Origin: Vitrella brassicaformis CCMP3155
Lineage: Eukaryota; Protista; Chromerida
Assembly (NCBI GenBank): GCA_001179505.1
Contig: CDMY01000402.1
Coordinates: 21,792-85,791, forward strand
Length of the DNA: 64,000 nucleotides
Direction of reading: 5' to 3'
Below the pieces are notes generated by a model. It made no database searches. It saw only the letters and a program-made list of their open reading frames with translations, and was not told the origin of the DNA. This document shows, one piece after another, positions 1-12,635 of the stretch. The translations under genes and the position numbers were made by a program. Positions within the stretch are counted from its first letter, which is position 1; every line of letters starts with the position of its first letter.

Positions 1-116
1 TACACATGCATTCACGCAATATCCATGTACACGCCAATCGACGGCCACCATTTGCCAACAGGGTGGCTGATGACAGGCCCTGACCGTTTCCCCTCCCTCT
101 TTGCGAAGACATGACA

Positions 117-175
117 CCTGCTGCTGACTCAGCAAGTATCACAGCCTGCTGCTGACTCAGCAAGTATCACAGCCT
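117..175. repeat. 28-bp perfect tandem duplication containing the near-palindrome TGCTGACTCAGCA
   Basis: cctgctgctgactcagcaagtatcacag at 117-144 and 145-172. Confidence 0.95.
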
Positions 176-543
176 CGCATGCAGGAGTTGGAAATCAGAG
201 ACCCAGGCTCCGTCAACAGCCACCCGCGCACACAACTCATTGCTTATTCCTATACGATAGATCCATCCATCCATCCCCTTCCTTGACACAAGACAAGCCA
301 ACAGAGGGGAGGCCCGACAGGCAGCACGACAACAAAAGTGAGGCAGTGATCGATCACTTCGAGCAGCATAGGTATTGACATTAGCAGCAGAGAAAGAAGG
401 CGAGTGAGGCGAGAACGAGACTGCCGTGATGAGCGAGTCAGAGAGGCAGCCGTCAGTTGCAAAAAGGAACGAACACGAGGAGGCAGACACAAAGGTGCAA
501 TACATAGAAGATAGAAACGGTCTGTCGCTCGTCAGTCAGTCAG

Positions 544-1825
544 TCAGTCACTAAGCACGACCGGGTCTTTGCCTTTCCTGCCGCCCGCTCCCGAGGCTCC
601 CTGATTGAACTGTAATGAAACAGGCGGGCCAAACAACTCGCCACCCATGTCCTCCTCCATCTGCTCGTTCCTCCTCGGCTTGCCGCCCCGCCTGCCGCCG
701 CCGTCCTGCCCCTCCTCGCTGTTGTTGGAGCTCATCCCGCCCCTCCCTCGCCTCGGCCGACCGTTGGACCGCCCCCGCCGCTCCAGATCTTCCCCTCGTT
801 GCCTGGCGCCGGCCGCCTCATCGTCTCGTGGTGCGGCCGACGGCTGGGGTCTCTGGGCGGAGGAGGAGGGCTGGTCCGTCTGGTGGGGTGGGGGGGCGGC
901 GCTCGATGACGACGTGGCCTCTGGGGTGCCGTACTCGCCGTGCTCGAGCTTCTCCTGGACGAGTGACTTCTTGCCGTGTACTCTGAATCCGAAGATCTTG
1001 GGTACGAATGGCGTGGGGAAGTCGAGCGGGACTAGGTTGGCGTATGTCTGGAGGAAGATGTGGGGGAAGGATGTGCCGAAGTAGGCCCCGTCCATGTCCT
1101 CGCCAACCTTGCTGGCCTTGGGCGTGTAGACCTCCTGGCACTTGGGGCAGTAGGTCTTGACCCGGCTGCTCCGCAGCTCCTCAGACAGCCCAATCGGCAG
1201 CGCATTCTGCCGCTCACAGAGCACTCGGGGGCAGTAGCCGAAGCCGCCCTTGAGGAACTTCTCCTTCATCAGAGTCAGGCCGCGGGGCGACGTGATGAAC
1301 CGCTGGTGGATCAAACCATACAGGTCCGTCGCACAACGATACACCTCCTGCAGTAAGGGAGGGAGGGAGGGAGGGAGCCAACACAACACACCCCACAGAC
1401 AGACACAGACAACAACGAGAGAGAGATGCGACGTACGTGAGTGGCGTGCATGTATGCGTGTATGCATACGGCGTCCTGTCAGCCGCCACTCTCTCCAGTG
1501 CATGCCTCTTCCCTCCCTCCCTGTCTGCCTGTCTGTCTGCCTCTGTGTTGCCACCCGCTCAGCTGACCACGAAGTCAGGGTCGACGAGGTCGTCATCATC
1601 TGGCGCCTCCGGTGCGAGTATCATGTCGAGTGCCTTGTCATAGTTGTTTACCCGCGGCCTGAGCCCGTAAAGGTTGAAGTTGTCCTTGATGTAGTCCTCA
1701 TCGACCTCCACGAAGAAGTCGTGTCCCTCGAGGCTGCAGAACCACTGAATCCATCCCGCCTCGCTGCACTCGTCGTCGTCATCCTCCTCATCGATGCCGT
1801 GGCGGTCATACGTGTACAGGGACAT
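544..1825 (-). CDS. CSNK2B: Casein kinase II regulatory (beta) subunit, 2 exons (1825-1568, 1347-544), with a Gly/Arg-rich C-terminal tail
   Basis: Spliced translation gives [31 protein letters not shown]...[16 protein letters not shown]...FGYCPRVLC...[12 protein letters not shown]...[13 protein letters not shown], which are CK2beta hallmark motifs including the zinc finger. A GT-AG intron at 1567-1348 keeps the frame. Confidence 0.97.
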
Positions 1826-2045
1826 CCCTCACCGCCGGAATCACTCACAACCACAGAGCAAGCCAAGTCGGGCAGAGAGGCGATTGATGGGCAACACAGG
1901 ACAGAAACTGCCAGAGAGGCGTTCCGATGAAGAGATCTCTTTCTTCCTTCCCCCGCGAACAGTGCGAGCTTAGAATCGCAAAGCGAATAATCGCGAAAGG
2001 GCTGGGAGGCGTGCTGCATCTACGTGTCATCTGTTATTCTGCTCA
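1826..2045. promoter_or_regulatory. Probable bidirectional promoter (CK2beta / ThrRS)
   Basis: The divergent ATGs are 220 bp apart. Inferred from geometry only. Confidence 0.55.
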
Positions 2046-4406
2046 ATGAAGGAACCATTGCTGCTGCCGCTGAGCCTTACATTCTTGCTCGCCCTTCTGC
2101 ACTCCATCAGCGCTTTCCACCTCAGCAGCCCTCTTCTCTCCTCCGCACGTCGAGCAAGATCACAGCCGCCGCCATCAGTCCTCTCCTCAGCTGCACATCA
2201 AGCAGCACCCGTGGCCACAACACCAGCATCATCAACTCAGCAGAAGCAACGGCAGGAGCTGAATGGCGATAAGAGCGTGGCTCTCCCACCATCACCACCG
2301 CCAGCAGTGGCGCACGATGACAGGCCCGAACATGAGTTGAGTGAGGCTGAGCGGCGGGATCACCGGCGGGTTGGGCGGCAGATGGATCTGTTCTTCGTGT
2401 CTGAGGACGCTGTGGGGTCGATATTTTGGCTGCCCAACGGGTGGACGCTGTACAGAACCATCAAGGACTACCTCAGTGACAAACTGCGCAGGGCAGGTAC
2501 GTGGCGTGGATGGGCGCACACATAATATTATGATGCATATCATATGTACGCATATATGGTGTGGCATGCATGGCTGGGGGGGTGCAGGTTACGATGAGAT
2601 CAACACGCCTCAGTTGATGAACAAGCGTCTGTGGGTGACGTCTGGTCACTGGGAGAAGTTCCGTGAGAACATGTTTGTGGTGGAGGGCGACCGGCCGCTG
2701 CCGCCCACCGACGGGTCGGGCCACGAGCCGCAGCACCATGGAGAGCCCGAGGTGCTGGCCATCAAACCCATGAACTGCCCCGCACACGTGCAGGTCTTCA
2801 AGTACGTCCGTGACGTGACTGGCCCACACACACGGCCAGACAGCTAGCCCCACAGACAGACAACTGGATGTGATGTATTGGTGTTGGTGGGTGATATATG
2901 TTTGTTCCACGTGTGTGCAGGCGTGGCAGCAAGTCCTACCGTGAGCTGCCATATCGGTTGTCTGAGTTTGGCCTGGTGCACCGCAACGAGATATCCGGCG
3001 CCCTGACGGGCCTCATGAGAGTCAGGGCCTTCACTCAGGTCGATGTGTGTGGTGGGGGAGGGGCCTGGTTCCATCCATGGTTTCTCAGCCTGCCTACAAA
3101 CCTTGCTGCCTGCCTTGTTGTTTGTGTGCCTGCCTGCAGGACGACGCGCACATCTTTTGCACGGAGGATCAGGTGGTGACAGAGACGAGGAATTTCGTGG
3201 AGCTGCTGCTCAAGGTCTATCGCGACCTTGGCTTCGACGACGTCAAAATCAAATTCTCAGACAGACCCGACAAGAGGGCGGGCGATGACGTCGTCTGGGA
3301 CAAAGCAGAGGTGCGCGCGGCCAGACGACAGCAGGACACTTGCACTCACCTTTCTGCTTCTGTTCGACATGTGTGTGCATGTCGGATCCATCCCTCCATG
3401 TGTCCCTCCCTTCATCAGGAGTCTCTCCGGAATGCGATCGAGGCGTTGGGTTTGGAGTACGAGTTCAACCCGGGTGAGGGCGCCTTCTACGGCCCCAAGC
3501 TGGAGTTTGTGGTGCAGGACGCACTGGGGCGGGACTGGCAGTGCGGCACCATACAGGTCGACTTCGTCATGCCTGTCAGGTCAGTCGGCCATCCGATTAT
3601 CGGATCTAGCCTTACTTATCCGCCCCCTCACCGACACACGGCGTCCATGCCATGCAATATTGTGTATGTATGTGTGTTTATGTGTCTGTCAGATTTGACG
3701 CGACATATGTGGACAGCGACAAGAACAAGATGCACCCCGTGATGCTCCACCGGGCCATTTTGGGGTCATTCGAGCGGTTTCTCGGCATCATGATCGAAAA
3801 CTTCGGCGGCCACTTCCCTCTCTGGCTGGCACCGGTGCAGGTGAGAAGGATGCAGACACTCGATAGATAGACAGCCACACATGGACGCATGGGATGTCAT
3901 GAGACACGGCGGCCGATCAATCAATATATCGGCGATTGTGTGTGTTGTTGTGTTGTGCGGCAGGTGACAGTGTGTCCGATAACGAACGAAGTGGACGAGT
4001 ATGCGCAGGAGGTGGCGGAGCGGCTGAGGGCGGCCGGCCTTAGGACCAATGTGGACCTCAGAAGCGAAAAGATCTCTTATAAAATCAGGTAGGAAGGTAG
4101 GTGCCTGGGCTGGGCCCGGCCGGGGTAGTGAGTGCATTGGATGGATGTGTGTGAGTGCAGGGACCTGAGCAAGAAGAAGGTGTCAAGGCTTGCCATTGTG
4201 GGCAAGAGAGAACGGGATAACGGCAGCATCGCACTCAGGAGGTGAGACCGACAGCAGCACCATGCACCCTTCAATCGCAGCACATCTGCATGGCCTGGTT
4301 TGTTGACTGGTTTGTCTCACTTAGGTTTGGGAGCCAGGATCAGGAGGTCATGTCACTAGATGATGCCGTCAGGCAGCTTGTTGAGGAAGCCAAGGTGCCT
4401 GAATAA
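2046..4406 (+). CDS. thrS: Threonyl-tRNA synthetase, bacterial type, with signal peptide plus transit-like leader (probably plastid); multi-exon
   Basis: Motifs [101 protein letters not shown]. The N-terminus [24 protein letters not shown] is hydrophobic and followed by a Ser/Arg-rich segment. Stop TAA at 4404-4406. Confidence 0.95.
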
Positions 4407-4938
4407 ATGACACAGCAAGCCTGGCCTGGCCTGCTGAGAGGGGAGGGGGGCAGAGTGCATGCCGCCCACTGTGCATCTCGAAGAGGCCGCGCAGTAGGCA
4501 TGGCATGTATCCATGCATGGTGTGTGCGCGGGAGTTTTTGTCGACTGTACAGTGCTTGACTGGCAAGTGCGGGCGCATCTGCACTGATTCAAACCCCTCA
4601 CCCACGCGTCAGAGGGCGTCAGTCGATTTCTGCGAGCTGTTGCGACACACGGCTTTTGTTAAAAAGTCTGCCGGTGGCGCAGCCGTCGTGTCTTTCTCTT
4701 GGTGGGGGTCAGTTCGACAAGTGGATGCGCTGGAGCCGTGCTGTCGCACAGGGAATCCTCAGACAGACAAGCGCATCTCCAACGTCAGCACCACAGTGTA
4801 AGAAAAGAACCCATGAAGCGGCACAGGCTGATGCTGGGCTGATGCAGCTTGTCGGCCTTCACGTGTGCCTAGTATCTGTCGACAGCTGTGTGTGCAGGTC
4901 GAGGACAGAGAGGGGGCGTGAGAAGGCGTTCTGATCTG

Positions 4939-5800
4939 ATGGACGTGTGCGCCATCTGCTGCGAGGCGAGTGCACACCACCTGATGACGGACGTATCGGT
5001 GCCGCTGCGGTGGCCACCCATTGAGACCGACCCCACTATCTTCACCTCCATGGCACACGCACTCGGCCTTGACCCAGCCTACACCCTCACCGAGCTGCTG
5101 GACCTCGACGGCTCGCTGTACTCGCCCTCCGACAGCCCCTCGCCGCAGCAGAGCTGCCAGGGATTCATCGTCTGCTATGAGGACTCCTCTCTCGCCGTCA
5201 ACTATGATGAGTGCGGGAGTGCGGCAGATATTGCCGACCAGCAGCAGCAGCTGACCTTCATCAAGCAGGTGGATGAGCTGGACACGGCGTGCGGCTTCAT
5301 CGCCCTGCTGCACGTCATCGTCAACCTCCAGCTGGACAGCAGCTCCCCACCTGTGGTAGAGGGCTCGCCGCTGGACAAGTTCCTGGAGCGTGTCCGCCCT
5401 CTCGACCCACATGCCCGTGGACAGGCGCTCGCCCACGACGAGAGCATCCGACAGCAGTACACTCAGGCTGCCTTGCGCGGCCAGAGCCACGTGCCGGCCA
5501 CAGAGAATGAGGTGCCTGCTTCCACCAAGACACTTTCCGACAGACACAACAGACAGACAGACTTCCATGGTGTCGTTTCGTTATTGTCAGGTGAAGCATC
5601 ACTATGTGGGACTTGTGAGGGTAGGTGGGCGGCTGGTGGTCTTGGACGGCGTCAAGGAGCGGCCGATGTGTGTGGGGGAGGTGGGTGGAGAGGACGCGAC
5701 GAGCATGCTGGCGGCCATGAAAGGCTTCGTGACGACGTGTATGAAGGGGCAAGTGGAGGCAGGGATGCTGTCCGTGCTGGCGCTATCCAAAAGTGGATAG
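4939..5800 (+). CDS. Ubiquitin C-terminal hydrolase (peptidase C12/UCH family), 2 exons (4939-5511, 5591-5800)
   Basis: W.PIETDP.IFT..AHALG, KQ...ACGFIALLH (catalytic Q/C) and HYV...GGRLVVLDG (catalytic H/D). The intron at 5512-5590 is phase 0. The start codon is uncertain and an upstream exon is possible. Confidence 0.9.
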
Positions 5801-5912
5801 TCAGCCAGCCGGGGCATGCAACTGACTGGATGACCGACCGCTGGCTGGCGTGGTGTGTCATTATGCACTGTCGACTGAGGCGAAACGGCGTGTGAGTTTC
5901 GCGTTCATCAAT

Positions 5913-5944
5913 GCTCTTGATTTGGTTGCTCTTGATTTGGTTGC
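5913..5944. repeat. 15-bp perfect tandem duplication between the convergent UCH and FAM136A genes
   Basis: gctcttgatttggtt x2. Confidence 0.95.
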
Positions 5945-6443
5945 ATTGGCTGCAGCGAGCCAGTTAGCGAGAGGCTAAAACACTTCGAGAGCTTAAAACT
6001 CCACACGCATCGCATCCAATCCACCACCCTAAAACATCCATCGGATGTCCTCATCAGTCAGTCACACCCCTCCCACACCACACACGCACATATGCAGACA
6101 GACACCAATCATACCACTAGTTGGTCCTTCAGCAGGACACGACACGACACAATCCAATGCCAGCTGGCATGGCTGGCCCACACACACACACACACCCCCC
6201 GCACCCACTCACTGCTTGTTTGGCTCGACACAATGAAGCATGGCCACATACATGCAAGTAGGTAAGTCATTCATTGACTGATCGACAGACACCACACCAC
6301 ACCCTGAGTGAGAAAACGAGGGAGCCAGTGAATGAACGGAGTAGCGATAGCCAGGCCCGATCCCTGCCCTTCCCTGCTCTCCCCTTGGCCTGCCCCAGCC
6401 AGTCCACAGCCTGGGGCTCATCTTGGGTTCTATCTATCTTGTA

Positions 6444-6987
6444 TCAAGATTGTTTCTTGAGGTAATCCCGCAGCCTCTTGTCCATCTGTGCGATCTCTGG
6501 GAAGTAGGTGACGAAGCACTGCCCTGTGCACTCCTCCATCTGCTTCTCGATGGTTGCACGGTCCTTCTCGTCCTTGGCGCTGCTGTGCGGCTGAGAAAAC
6601 TTATTGAAACAAGCGTCCTGACACACCTGAATGCAGCCAGTCAGTGAGGGCACCACCACACCACACCACACCACACCCCATGCACCCACCTGACAATCAG
6701 TGACTGCAGTGCCCTCACTGTTTACTGACCTGTATGGAGTTTTGCAGTGTCTGCATCTCTCTGTTGAGTGTGGCCGAGAATTCCTCTGCGGGCTGCTGGC
6801 AGTTCTTGATGCACCTGCCGACGGTCTCATAGTCGGTACCGGGTTTGTCGAAGCACGCCACGCAGCACTGGAAGGTCTTCTTCTGCATGGCCATGCTGTC
6901 CTGCGTTATGTCATGCAGCGTCTTGTCCAGCGCACTCTGGAAGGCCTTGACCTTCTCCTGAGCCGTCGGCGGTGACGACGACGCCAT
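6444..6987 (-). CDS. FAM136A: FAM136A/DUF842-family small Cys-rich helical protein, 2 exons (6987-6730, 6626-6444)
   Basis: About 146 aa with MQKKTFQCCVACFD, CIKNCQQP, VCQDAC and MEECTGQC. The paired CX3C motifs are typical of DUF842. Family assignment is from memory of the motif pattern. Confidence 0.8.
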
Positions 6988-7141
6988 GGTTGAACTCTTG
7001 CGGCAGCCAATTCAAAGATACAACTCGACCTTCACCTCAGGCACACCATGCACTTCACAATCTGCGCAGATCTGAGAGGAGGAGAGATGCAATGGTTACG
7101 TTTTCAAGCTTGCATGCGATTTCCAGAGGCTTCTTCCGCTG
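6988..7141. promoter_or_regulatory. Probable bidirectional promoter (FAM136A / SET)
   Basis: The divergent ATGs are 154 bp apart. Inferred from geometry only. Confidence 0.55.
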
Positions 7142-9351
7142 ATGTTGTTGTTGGCTGCTCTGTTGGGTGTGTTGCTGGATCTGTCGGTTGCCTTCCAATC
7201 CATTCATCCTCGCCGCACATGGCAGGCAACCTGCCGCACCTCATCCATCCCCGGCGCTGCCCACCTATCGCGAGTCAAGATGGCCACGCCCATCCGCATC
7301 TATCCGCCTCCGCCGAAGCCAACGCACCCCGACGTGAGCAAACTGAGGCGGCGCTTTGCGGATGACGGAGGCTCTGTCAGCGACGCTCTGCAGATAAGGC
7401 CGAGCGCATTCGATAATGCGGGTGCGGGGCTGTTTGTGAAGGAAGCTGTCAAGGAGGGAGAGGTGCTTGCGAGGGTGCCGGAGAGGTTCTTGATGAGGCC
7501 GATGGGCTATGGTGTTGTTGTTGATGACAGCGGCGAAGATCCGGAAGTTCCGGATGAGCTGCGGGATCTCATTGCTAAGGTTCCGTCGCAGAACTGGATG
7601 TTGCGTCTGGCGCTGCTTGTGCTGTACCACCAGATGAACCGGACGCCCCACTGGTACGATGACTACCTCATGACGCTGCCCGAGTCCTTCCCGTCCATCC
7701 CTATGTTCTTCAAGCAGGGCGACCTCAAGGCCCTCCAGCACCCCAACCCCAACGCCATCTCACACCGCCTCTGGTTCCTCCAGCAAATGCACCGACAGAT
7801 CTACGGACCAATCGCAAACACGCACCAAGACCCCTTCGCTCCTCTCGCCAAAGAGAATGACTTGGCGGCCGGCCAAAAGCCCCTGACGCTGAAATCCGTC
7901 GCCTGGGCGCAGGCGGTGGTGACGTCGCGCAGCTTGCGGGGCAGTTCTGGCGGTGGGCCTGGGATGATGTGTCCGTTGCTCGACATGTGCAACCACTCAT
8001 CGTGGCCGAGTGCGGCTGTGCAGCACGAGGTGGATGGGGAGGGGCGGGTGAGGGGCGTGCGGCTGGTGGCGCTCAGGGATCTGCCAGAGGGGGAGGAGCT
8101 CACCGTGTCGTACGGCAGGATGTCCAACGCCTTGCTCGTCATGGACTATGGATTTGTGGAACCAAACAACCCGTGAGCCGAGCCACCCGACCCGATAGAC
8201 CACACGTCATCAAATCAACACACAAGCAGGCAGTACAGAGGGAGGGAGGGAGATGTGCGTGTCCTCTCTGCCTGCCTCAGTTATGACCGCGTGACGATCA
8301 CCTTCGACCACAAGATAGCGGGTGAGGCCTTCCGGACCATCGGCCTGGACGACAGGCGGATCGTCCCTGGCCGGTTCGACTCCCTCCCCTGCCCACACCG
8401 CCGGCCGCTGCTTAAGCAGCTCTATCTCCTGCCAACCGACATCGACAAGGCCATCAAGGAGGGAGAGAGAGACAAGGAGAGGGAGGCCATGGCCATGGCG
8501 CAGCAATCTGACGCAAGCGCCACAGCCACAGCGACGTCCAGAGGCAGGGAGAAGGATGTGATACTGGTCAAGGAGGAGGGCAACACGACTATAAGGGAGA
8601 CCACCTATGCCGATGCGCCCAAGGAGAGGAGGCGGGAGCCAGCCGGGGAGAGGGGGGCAGCAGCAGCAGCAGCAGGGAACGCCGCGGCAGGCAATGCGAC
8701 CGAGGCGCCCCACATCTACCGTCCGCGGGTCCATCTTGGCGGCGACATCCTGGTCGACAAACGATTGCTCGCTGCCGTCAGGGTAACCAACACACACACA
8801 CACACACACACAGCGATAGGACGGGAGGATTGGCTGGCGGAGGATTGGCTGGTGCATACTTTTCTCTGTGTCCCTCCCATTGCAGGTGTTGTTATCCTCT
8901 GGCGATGAGCTGGAGGGGAGGTCTTTGCGCGAGCTGGCCGAGTGGGCCACACCCCTCTCGTCCACCAACGAAGTCAGAGAGAGAGAGAGAGAGAGACGCT
9001 CCACCACCAACGAACGACATCAACCAATGAATCCTCTCTGCCTCCTTTCTCCGTCAGATGGTGACCCTGAAGGCGCTGGTGGCCCTGATCGGTTTGGTCG
9101 AGTACGCCGACTTCGACACGTCTCTGGAGGACGACCTGAGGTCACTGGCGAGCGGGCGCATCCCCACGGGCCACACCGACTGGGGCACGGAGGACTACGT
9201 GTCCGTCACACCCGCCCTTGACGTCACCCTGCGGTATCGCGTGGAGAGGAAGCGGCTGCTGCAGCGAGTCAGGGAGGGGCTGCAGCGGCGGCTGGCAGAT
9301 GTCAAACACAGATATGTCACGGGGCAACGGGCTCTCAGGTCGGCCGGCTGA
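7142..9351 (+). CDS. SET-domain lysine methyltransferase (Rubisco-LSMT-like) with bipartite, probably plastid, leader; multi-exon
   Basis: Signal peptide MLLLAALLGVLLDLSVAF. SET motifs GAGLFV, PLLDMCNHS and ELTVSYG..SNA.LVMDYGFV. Downstream exons resemble the LSMT substrate-binding region (DKRLLAAVR; TSLEDDL..L; LRYRVERKRLL). Confidence 0.88.
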
Positions 9352-9823
9352 GTGCCGGGGGGGAGGGAGGGAGGCTTCTGACGTGGGGGGGTGGATGGAT
9401 GGATGTGTGACGAACGAAGAGGGAGGGAGAGAGATGTGTCCGTCCATGGAGCTTCCTTCCTTGATGGCGTTTTGTTCGTATATCTGTGGGGCGTGTCGTG
9501 TCAGGGAATGATTATGGCGGTGAGACAGACAGACCAACCGGATCAATAAAGATCGCCTGGCTACACTGCATACAACACAACACCCACACGCACACACACA
9601 AGGTAGATACTGGATGGAATGTGTCGCTCGCACAGACAGAAAACATGTGAATGGACCGACCGACAGACCGATAGACACGCCCTGCCCTACCATCTACCTA
9701 GCTGCCCTGCCCGCCCTATACAAACACACACACATAGACCAACACACACACACACTAGATCGACATATACCGGTAGGTATACCACCACCACCACCCCACC
9801 CTCCCGTCCGTGCCTTCAGTGAG

Positions 9824-12436
9824 TCAGCCATCGCCCATGGCAGCCCCCGTGACACTGAACCTCTCCCTCTCGTCCTCGCCGCCACCGGACCCCTCGGCCT
9901 GGGGCGACATGCCGGCTTGGGCCCCGGTATTGGCGCCACCACCACCGCTATGGAGAGGTGGGTAGAAGGAGAGTGCGGGGACGGATGTGAGAGGGAGGGG
10001 GTTGGGTGAGGGGCTCAGCCGCACCGCATCACCACAGATGTTCAGCACGGCGTACGCCTGGTGCTTCTCCTCCTGAATCAATGGATGGATGGAAGCAGAC
10101 AGACAGGCAGGCAGAATGAGTCGAACAGATCCATCACGGTGTCTGTGTGTGCGAGTGTGTTCGGTCTTATTGGACGAGTGTGAGTGTGATAGGCCTACCG
10201 TGAGGAAGAGGTTGTTGATGCGGTAGCCCAGGAGGGCATTGCCGCCAATTGCCAGCACGTGACTCTGACACACACCCCACACCACCAGGTACTTACGCAT
10301 TCGGTGCAACGAAGAACGAGTGTGCCTGGTCGGTCGGTCGGTTGGCTGGCTCGCTGACCCGCGCCATGCAGAGGGCGTCTGTGACGAATTCGTGGTAGAA
10401 GACCTCAAAGTGCTTCAGGGCCGTGGTCTCCTTTATCACGTGCAGAGCTACCAAACCAATGTACCTGCACACATGCACATGCACACGTGTATTTCCGGGT
10501 GTGTGTCTGTGTGTGTGTGTGTGTTACTTTTCCACTTGGCAGCCGGGGAGTGAACTCAATGGCGATACCTGCAGGACATGCCATGCCATGCGCACACAGA
10601 TGCACATCCATTCGTCCATCCATCCATCCACCATCCCATGGACACACCCACTGCACTGCTCTCCTTCCCTTCCCGGACTCACTCACCAGGACGATTTGTT
10701 CCAGCGGGTCCCCGATGCCCTCCCCCTTGTCCACATACCCATACACCTCCCTCTCCTTACCGCCTACACCAACACCAACACCAGCCGGGGTGGTCTCCAC
10801 ACCAGGAGCACCAGGCTTTTTCCCCACAGGCACCCGTCTATCGCCGTCGTCACGCTGCTGCTGTGTCCATGGCACATCGACGGTTGGCGGGTGGCAGGGC
10901 GATGCCGGCTCAGAGTGGAAGGTGAAGAGTCCCTCCTGCAGCTGGGGCGCGGCCAGAGATGCCCCCCTGCCGGCTGCGGCCCCTTTCTTGTCACCCTGCA
11001 TCTTCCTGCTCGCCACAAGGGGTGGGGGCGGCTGCCTCCGACCGTCCAGCATAGGCGAGCCCTTTGGGTGGCCCTTCATCGGACTCCCTCTCTCCCTCTC
11101 CCTCTCCCTGTCTCGGTCTCTGTTGACAGCTCTCGCGCGATCCACAAGTGTCGCCGGCGATGCGGCAGTGGTTTTGCCACCACTCCAGGACAGATTCAGC
11201 CCCAGTTTGCTGAGGGCGAAGGCGCGTAAGTGCCTGTCCGTCTGCTTGGATGGAGGAGGGGGTGAGGGGAATGGGGAGGGGGAGGGGTGCAGGTCGGTTG
11301 CCGATGGCTTGCTGGGCCGGCCTGGTGTGGATCTGATGACGAGCGAGCCTCCCTCTGGCTGAGATGAGGTGGTGCGTGAGGGGGAGGGGAGTAGGAGGGA
11401 GATGGATGGGGGCAGGAGGTAGTGCTCGTCCTCGATAAAGCCGTGGTGGGCGAGGGCCGCCTCACCGCCAGCAGGGCTGCTGTCTTCAGGACTGCTCTCA
11501 CCTGCCGACCACACACACACACACACACACACAGACAGACTCTGCTCTCTCTGCTGTGCGACATTGGCTGTGGGTGCGTCCGTCCGTGGTTTGTGGCTGC
11601 ACTGCACTGCATACCTACCTCCCGAGTAGGCGGCTGACATGTAGCCATAGACGAGTCCCTCATTGACGGGGTCCAGCCCACGAGAGAAGACAGGCGGGCC
11701 GGGGGGGCCGTTGGTCTGGTCTGCATGGTTGTTGTGCTGGTGGTGGCCGACGTCCACCGACCACCCAGACTCGATGCTGTTGTCACGACGGCCGGGGGCG
11801 GTGATGGGAGCCAGGTCACCCGCCCAGCTGCTGTGGGGGAAACTGGGGCCCTCCTGACACACAGGGGAGAGAGGGGTGTGTGGGATGTGTGTCGTTGTGT
11901 CTTTGTGTTGCGTCGCTTCTGCTGACTCTCGGTCCCATCTGAAGGGCGTGCCCGGTGAGGACCAGCTCGAGTGTGTCTTCCTTCAACACAGAGATGCGCC
12001 ACTGACATACAGACAGACACGAAACGACAAAATGAACATACGGCAAATGGATGGGTGGATGGATGGATAGACATCCATACCTGCAGGGCGGCGATGCAGC
12101 AGGGGAAGACGCCCCTGAGGAACTGCCGGAAGAGCAGCCCCGCGAACATCTCGTTGCACACCTCACCCAGCCGTTTGGTGATCTTGGACGACGACGCTCG
12201 GACGTCCTCCAACAAATCGATACGCCTGACAGCACAACACACACACCACACCCACCCTCCATCCGTGGCACGGCACCGACCACCAAAAGCCCCATTGAAT
12301 GACTGACAGACTGACTGACCCACCGAATGGCAAACACGAAAGGCGCCGGGAGCATGACGGGCGCATCGGCTGTCGCTGCCACCCCCATGTTGTTGCTGTT
12401 GGTGTTGCTGTTGTCATTTGGCTGGATTCCTTCCCT

Positions 12437-12469
<33 letters not shown>

Positions 12470-12603
12470 TGTGCGTCCGATGGCTGCCAGCCATGGGTCC
12501 GGGGGAAATGCGCCGCCGGGGAGACAGTCGACGGTGCAGAGAGCTGAGTCGGAGGGCACCACGGGGTCATCAAGGGCTGCCACCAAATCCTGACAAACCA
12601 GAG

Positions 12604-12635
<32 letters not shown>

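Noticed and set aside
4939-4985. CAICC...HH at the UCH N-terminus as a RING/zinc finger
   Set aside because: Too few ligands for a RING, and the start codon is uncertain.
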